A stretch of DNA of 16,000 bases, from the NCBI GenBank assembly GCA_048260865.1, contig JBLXGN010000003.1, forward strand, positions 87,320 through 103,319, in the 5' to 3' direction. The notes under the pieces were generated by a model, which was not told where the DNA came from, did no database searches, and worked only from the letters and a program-made list of their open reading frames with translations. Position numbers and translations under genes: made by a program. Source of the stretch: Marinobacterium sp. (GTDB lineage Bacteria; Pseudomonadota; Gammaproteobacteria; Pseudomonadales; Balneatricaceae). Positions within the stretch are counted from its first letter, which is position 1; every line of letters begins with the position of its first letter. Of this stretch, positions 13,746-16,000 are shown piece after piece.

Positions 13746-16000
13746 GTGAGGATTTCTCCCCAACGCGTCACGGCGTTTGCGCTGACCAGTGCCATTGCGG
13801 CCACCTTTGCACAGGCCTCTCAAGCAGAATCCAGGAACACTGTTGATCAGGACACTCTGGTCATCAGCGCAGCCGGTATCGAACAGAAACTGATCGATGC
13901 TCCTGCTTCCATCACCGTGATTAGTCAGGAAGAGCTCAGGAAGAAGCCTTATCTCACTCTGCTGGACGCCGTGCGTGAAGTAGAAGGTGTGGATGTGGGT
14001 GAAACCACTGATAAAACAGGCCAGGGCGGTATCAGCATCCGTGGTATGGGTGCCGACTACACGCTGATCCTGATCGACGGCAAGCGTCAGAACAACATCG
14101 GTGACATTTATCCGAACAACTTCGGCGGTAACCAGTTCAATCATATTCCGCCCAAGGAGATGATCGAGCGTATCGAGATCATCCGTGGCCCAGCGTCCAC
14201 GCTTTACGGCGCCGATGCACTGGGCGGCGTGATTAATATCATCACAAAGAAAGTCGGCAACGAGTGGCACGGCTCTGTATCCCACAGCCGTACCATCGAA
14301 TCCAACGATGATTTCGGTAATGACCAGACCACCGACTTTGCCATCAGCGGCCCTATGATCGAAGGCAAGCTGGGCTTGAATCTGCGCGGCAGCCTGTACG
14401 AGCGTGACGCGTCCACTCCCAGCTTCGATGACATCACCGATCCCAATGGAGATCTGGTTCCCCGCTCACTGGGTTACGGCTCTGGCGGCAAGACTGTGGA
14501 TAACGAAAACCGTAACCTGGGTATGCGCCTGGACTTCAAACCGGCCGACAACCAACTGCTGATGTTCGACATCGAAACCTCGCAGCAGGAATACGATAAC
14601 GTCCCGGTAGACGGTTCCAACCCGCTGGGTACCACCGACAGCGTCAACCGCCTTCCCCGTGCCGGCTACGCGCTGGAGCAGGAGTTCAAGCGTGACCAGA
14701 TGTCCCTGACCCATGAAGGCACCTGGGGCTTCGGTCATAGCACCATCAGCCTGCACCACATTGAAACCAGCAACGATGGCCGCACCCTGCCGCTGACCGC
14801 AACAGAACGACTGTTGTACGAAGAAATGGTCGCAAACGGTGCCATCGATGCTGAAATTGAAGCCACCTTCCTGCCACGCCAGAAGCGTGTTCTGGAAACC
14901 CGTCAGACCACACTGGATGTAAAATTCGACAGCCAGGTGGGTGATCATTGGCTGGTGTACGGTGGTCAGTATGTCGATGCCGAAATGGAAGACGGTACCT
15001 TCGGCATGAACGGCAGCGGCTTTGCCTCCGGCAGTGTACAGGAGCACAAGCAGTGGTCCCTGTTCGCCGAAGACAACTGGTCATTGACCAACAGCCTGAC
15101 CCTGACCGGCGGTCTGCGCTATGACGATCACAACATTTTCGGCGGTCATGTCAGCCCCCGCGTTTATGCCAACTGGGCCGTTTCACCTGAGTGGACACTG
15201 AAAGGTGGCGTCAGCACCGGCTACAAGGCACCTCAGGCCAGCGATCTGTATGACGGCATTACCGGCTTTGGTGGCCAGGGCACCCGTCCTTTCCATGGCA
15301 CACCGGACCTGGAACCGGAAACCAGTGTGAACAGCGAACTGGCGGTGTACTACAGCCACCCGGAAGGTCACAACTTCAACGCCACCCTGTTCTCCAACAA
15401 GTTCAAGGACAAGATCGAGAGCGGCGCGGGTATCTACCACTGTGATGATCCGGCGGCCAATGCTGGCAACTGTGCAAACCTTGCGTCCGAGTGGAATGAG
15501 ATTCTGGGTGACGGCTACCAGTTCAGTCAGCTGGTCAATATCGACAGTGCCCAGATTGACGGTCTGGAACTGGCCGGTAAGCTGCAGCTGACGCCGACCC
15601 TGAACCTGCGTGCCAACTACACGTATACCGATGCCCGTATCACCAGCGGCGCTAACAAGGGTGAACCGCTTAGCGGCACAGCCAAACATATGGCTAACGC
15701 CACGCTGAGCTGGCAGGCGACATCGAAGTTCAACACCTTCCTGACAGCAGAAATGCGCTCCAAGCGCTTCACCAGCAGCCCGCGCGGCTGGAACTCTGAT
15801 GTGGAATACCCGGAGTACTACAAGGACTATACCGTCTATCACCTGGGTGCCAGCTATGAAGTCACACCCAACTTCGTGCTGAATGCTCGTATCAACAACC
15901 TGCTGGACGAAGACTTCACCAGCTACAAGACTGTGTTCACCACTGAAGATGGTGGCGCCAGTTGGGATCCCAACTACATCGACGATTACAACGTCAAAGC
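13746..16000 (+). CDS. TonB-dependent siderophore receptor (CirA/FepA/IrgA-like), 3'-truncated by the window edge
   Basis: This gene is absent from the ORF track. My own translation from the GTG at 13746 (aagga 8 nt upstream) stays open to base 16000. The signal peptide is MRISPQRVTAFALTSAIAATFAQA and the TonB box is DTLVISA. Plug motifs are APASITVISQEEL, GISIRGMGADYTLILIDGKRQN, and IERIEIIRGPASTLYGADALGGVINIITKK. Barrel motifs are GGLRYDDH, LKGGVSTGYKAPQASDLY, PDLEPETS, and LRANYTYTDA. Confidence 0.9.
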   Translation, partial: MRISPQRVTAFALTSAIAATFAQASQAESRNTVDQDTLVISAAGIEQKLIDAPASITVISQEELRKKPYLTLLDAVREVEGVDVGETTDKTGQGGISIRGMGADYTLILIDGKRQNNIGDIYPNNFGGNQFNHIPPKEMIERIEIIRGPASTLYGADALGGVINIITKKVGNEWHGSVSHSRTIESNDDFGNDQTTDFAISGPMIEGKLGLNLRGSLYERDASTPSFDDITDPNGDLVPRSLGYGSGGKTVDNENRNLGMRLDFKPADNQLLMFDIETSQQEYDNVPVDGSNPLGTTDSVNRLPRAGYALEQEFKRDQMSLTHEGTWGFGHSTISLHHIETSNDGRTLPLTATERLLYEEMVANGAIDAEIEATFLPRQKRVLETRQTTLDVKFDSQVGDHWLVYGGQYVDAEMEDGTFGMNGSGFASGSVQEHKQWSLFAEDNWSLTNSLTLTGGLRYDDHNIFGGHVSPRVYANWAVSPEWTLKGGVSTGYKAPQASDLYDGITGFGGQGTRPFHGTPDLEPETSVNSELAVYYSHPEGHNFNATLFSNKFKDKIESGAGIYHCDDPAANAGNCANLASEWNEILGDGYQFSQLVNIDSAQIDGLELAGKLQLTPTLNLRANYTYTDARITSGANKGEPLSGTAKHMANATLSWQATSKFNTFLTAEMRSKRFTSSPRGWNSDVEYPEYYKDYTVYHLGASYEVTPNFVLNARINNLLDEDFTSYKTVFTTEDGGASWDPNYIDDYNVK

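Noticed and set aside
13695-15842. Four minus-strand ORFs from the track: 13695-14285, 14466-15047, 14746-15084 and 15183-15842, of 112 to 219 aa.
   Set aside because: They lie antisense to a continuous plus-strand frame that encodes a textbook TonB-dependent receptor. Their translations are Val/Gly/Arg/Thr-rich mirror sequence with no recognisable motif, start context or operon logic.
1-16000. A scan for CRISPR arrays, tRNA or rRNA genes, IS or transposon ends, integrases, toxin-antitoxin pairs and known defence-system signatures.
   Set aside because: None was seen. Intergenic regions are short, at most 270 bp, and are accounted for by promoters, Fur boxes and terminators. No long direct or inverted repeats and no mobility genes are present.

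Overview
The window looks like chromosomal DNA from a gammaproteobacterium of about 55% GC, possibly marine. It has 14 supportable protein genes. I found no rRNA, tRNA, CRISPR array, IS element or phage gene. All family assignments come from motifs I read in the translations; no search was run.

Gene order, left to right:
- A 5'-truncated NIT-type methyl-accepting chemotaxis protein (+).
- ygiQ, a radical SAM gene (-).
- An NhaC-family antiporter (-).
- mtgA (-).
- A copper-resistance block (+): a small secreted His/Cys protein with a CX3CX3CX3C ladder, Tat-exported CopA, a short CopB, and a cytochrome b562-like four-helix protein. There is no copCD and no copRS.
- A stand-alone EAL phosphodiesterase (-).
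- A four-gene minus-strand operon: PepSY-TM, DUF2271, DUF4198, and a membrane-anchored CysJ-type FMN domain.
- An AT-rich control region with two Fur boxes.
- A divergent TonB-dependent siderophore receptor (+, 13746 to the window end).

The supplied ORF track misses the receptor completely, because the gene has no stop codon inside the window. The track shows only its antisense shadow ORFs.

The best candidate for a poorly described system is the Fur-controlled operon. The DUF2271 protein carries an ApbE-type flavinylation motif (DGLSGAT). The PepSY-TM protein has four membrane-edge histidines. The FMN protein lacks any FAD/NADPH module. Together these read as a cytoplasm-to-periplasm electron path for ferric or siderophore iron reduction. 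This is inference, not demonstration. I see no defence system or mobile element.
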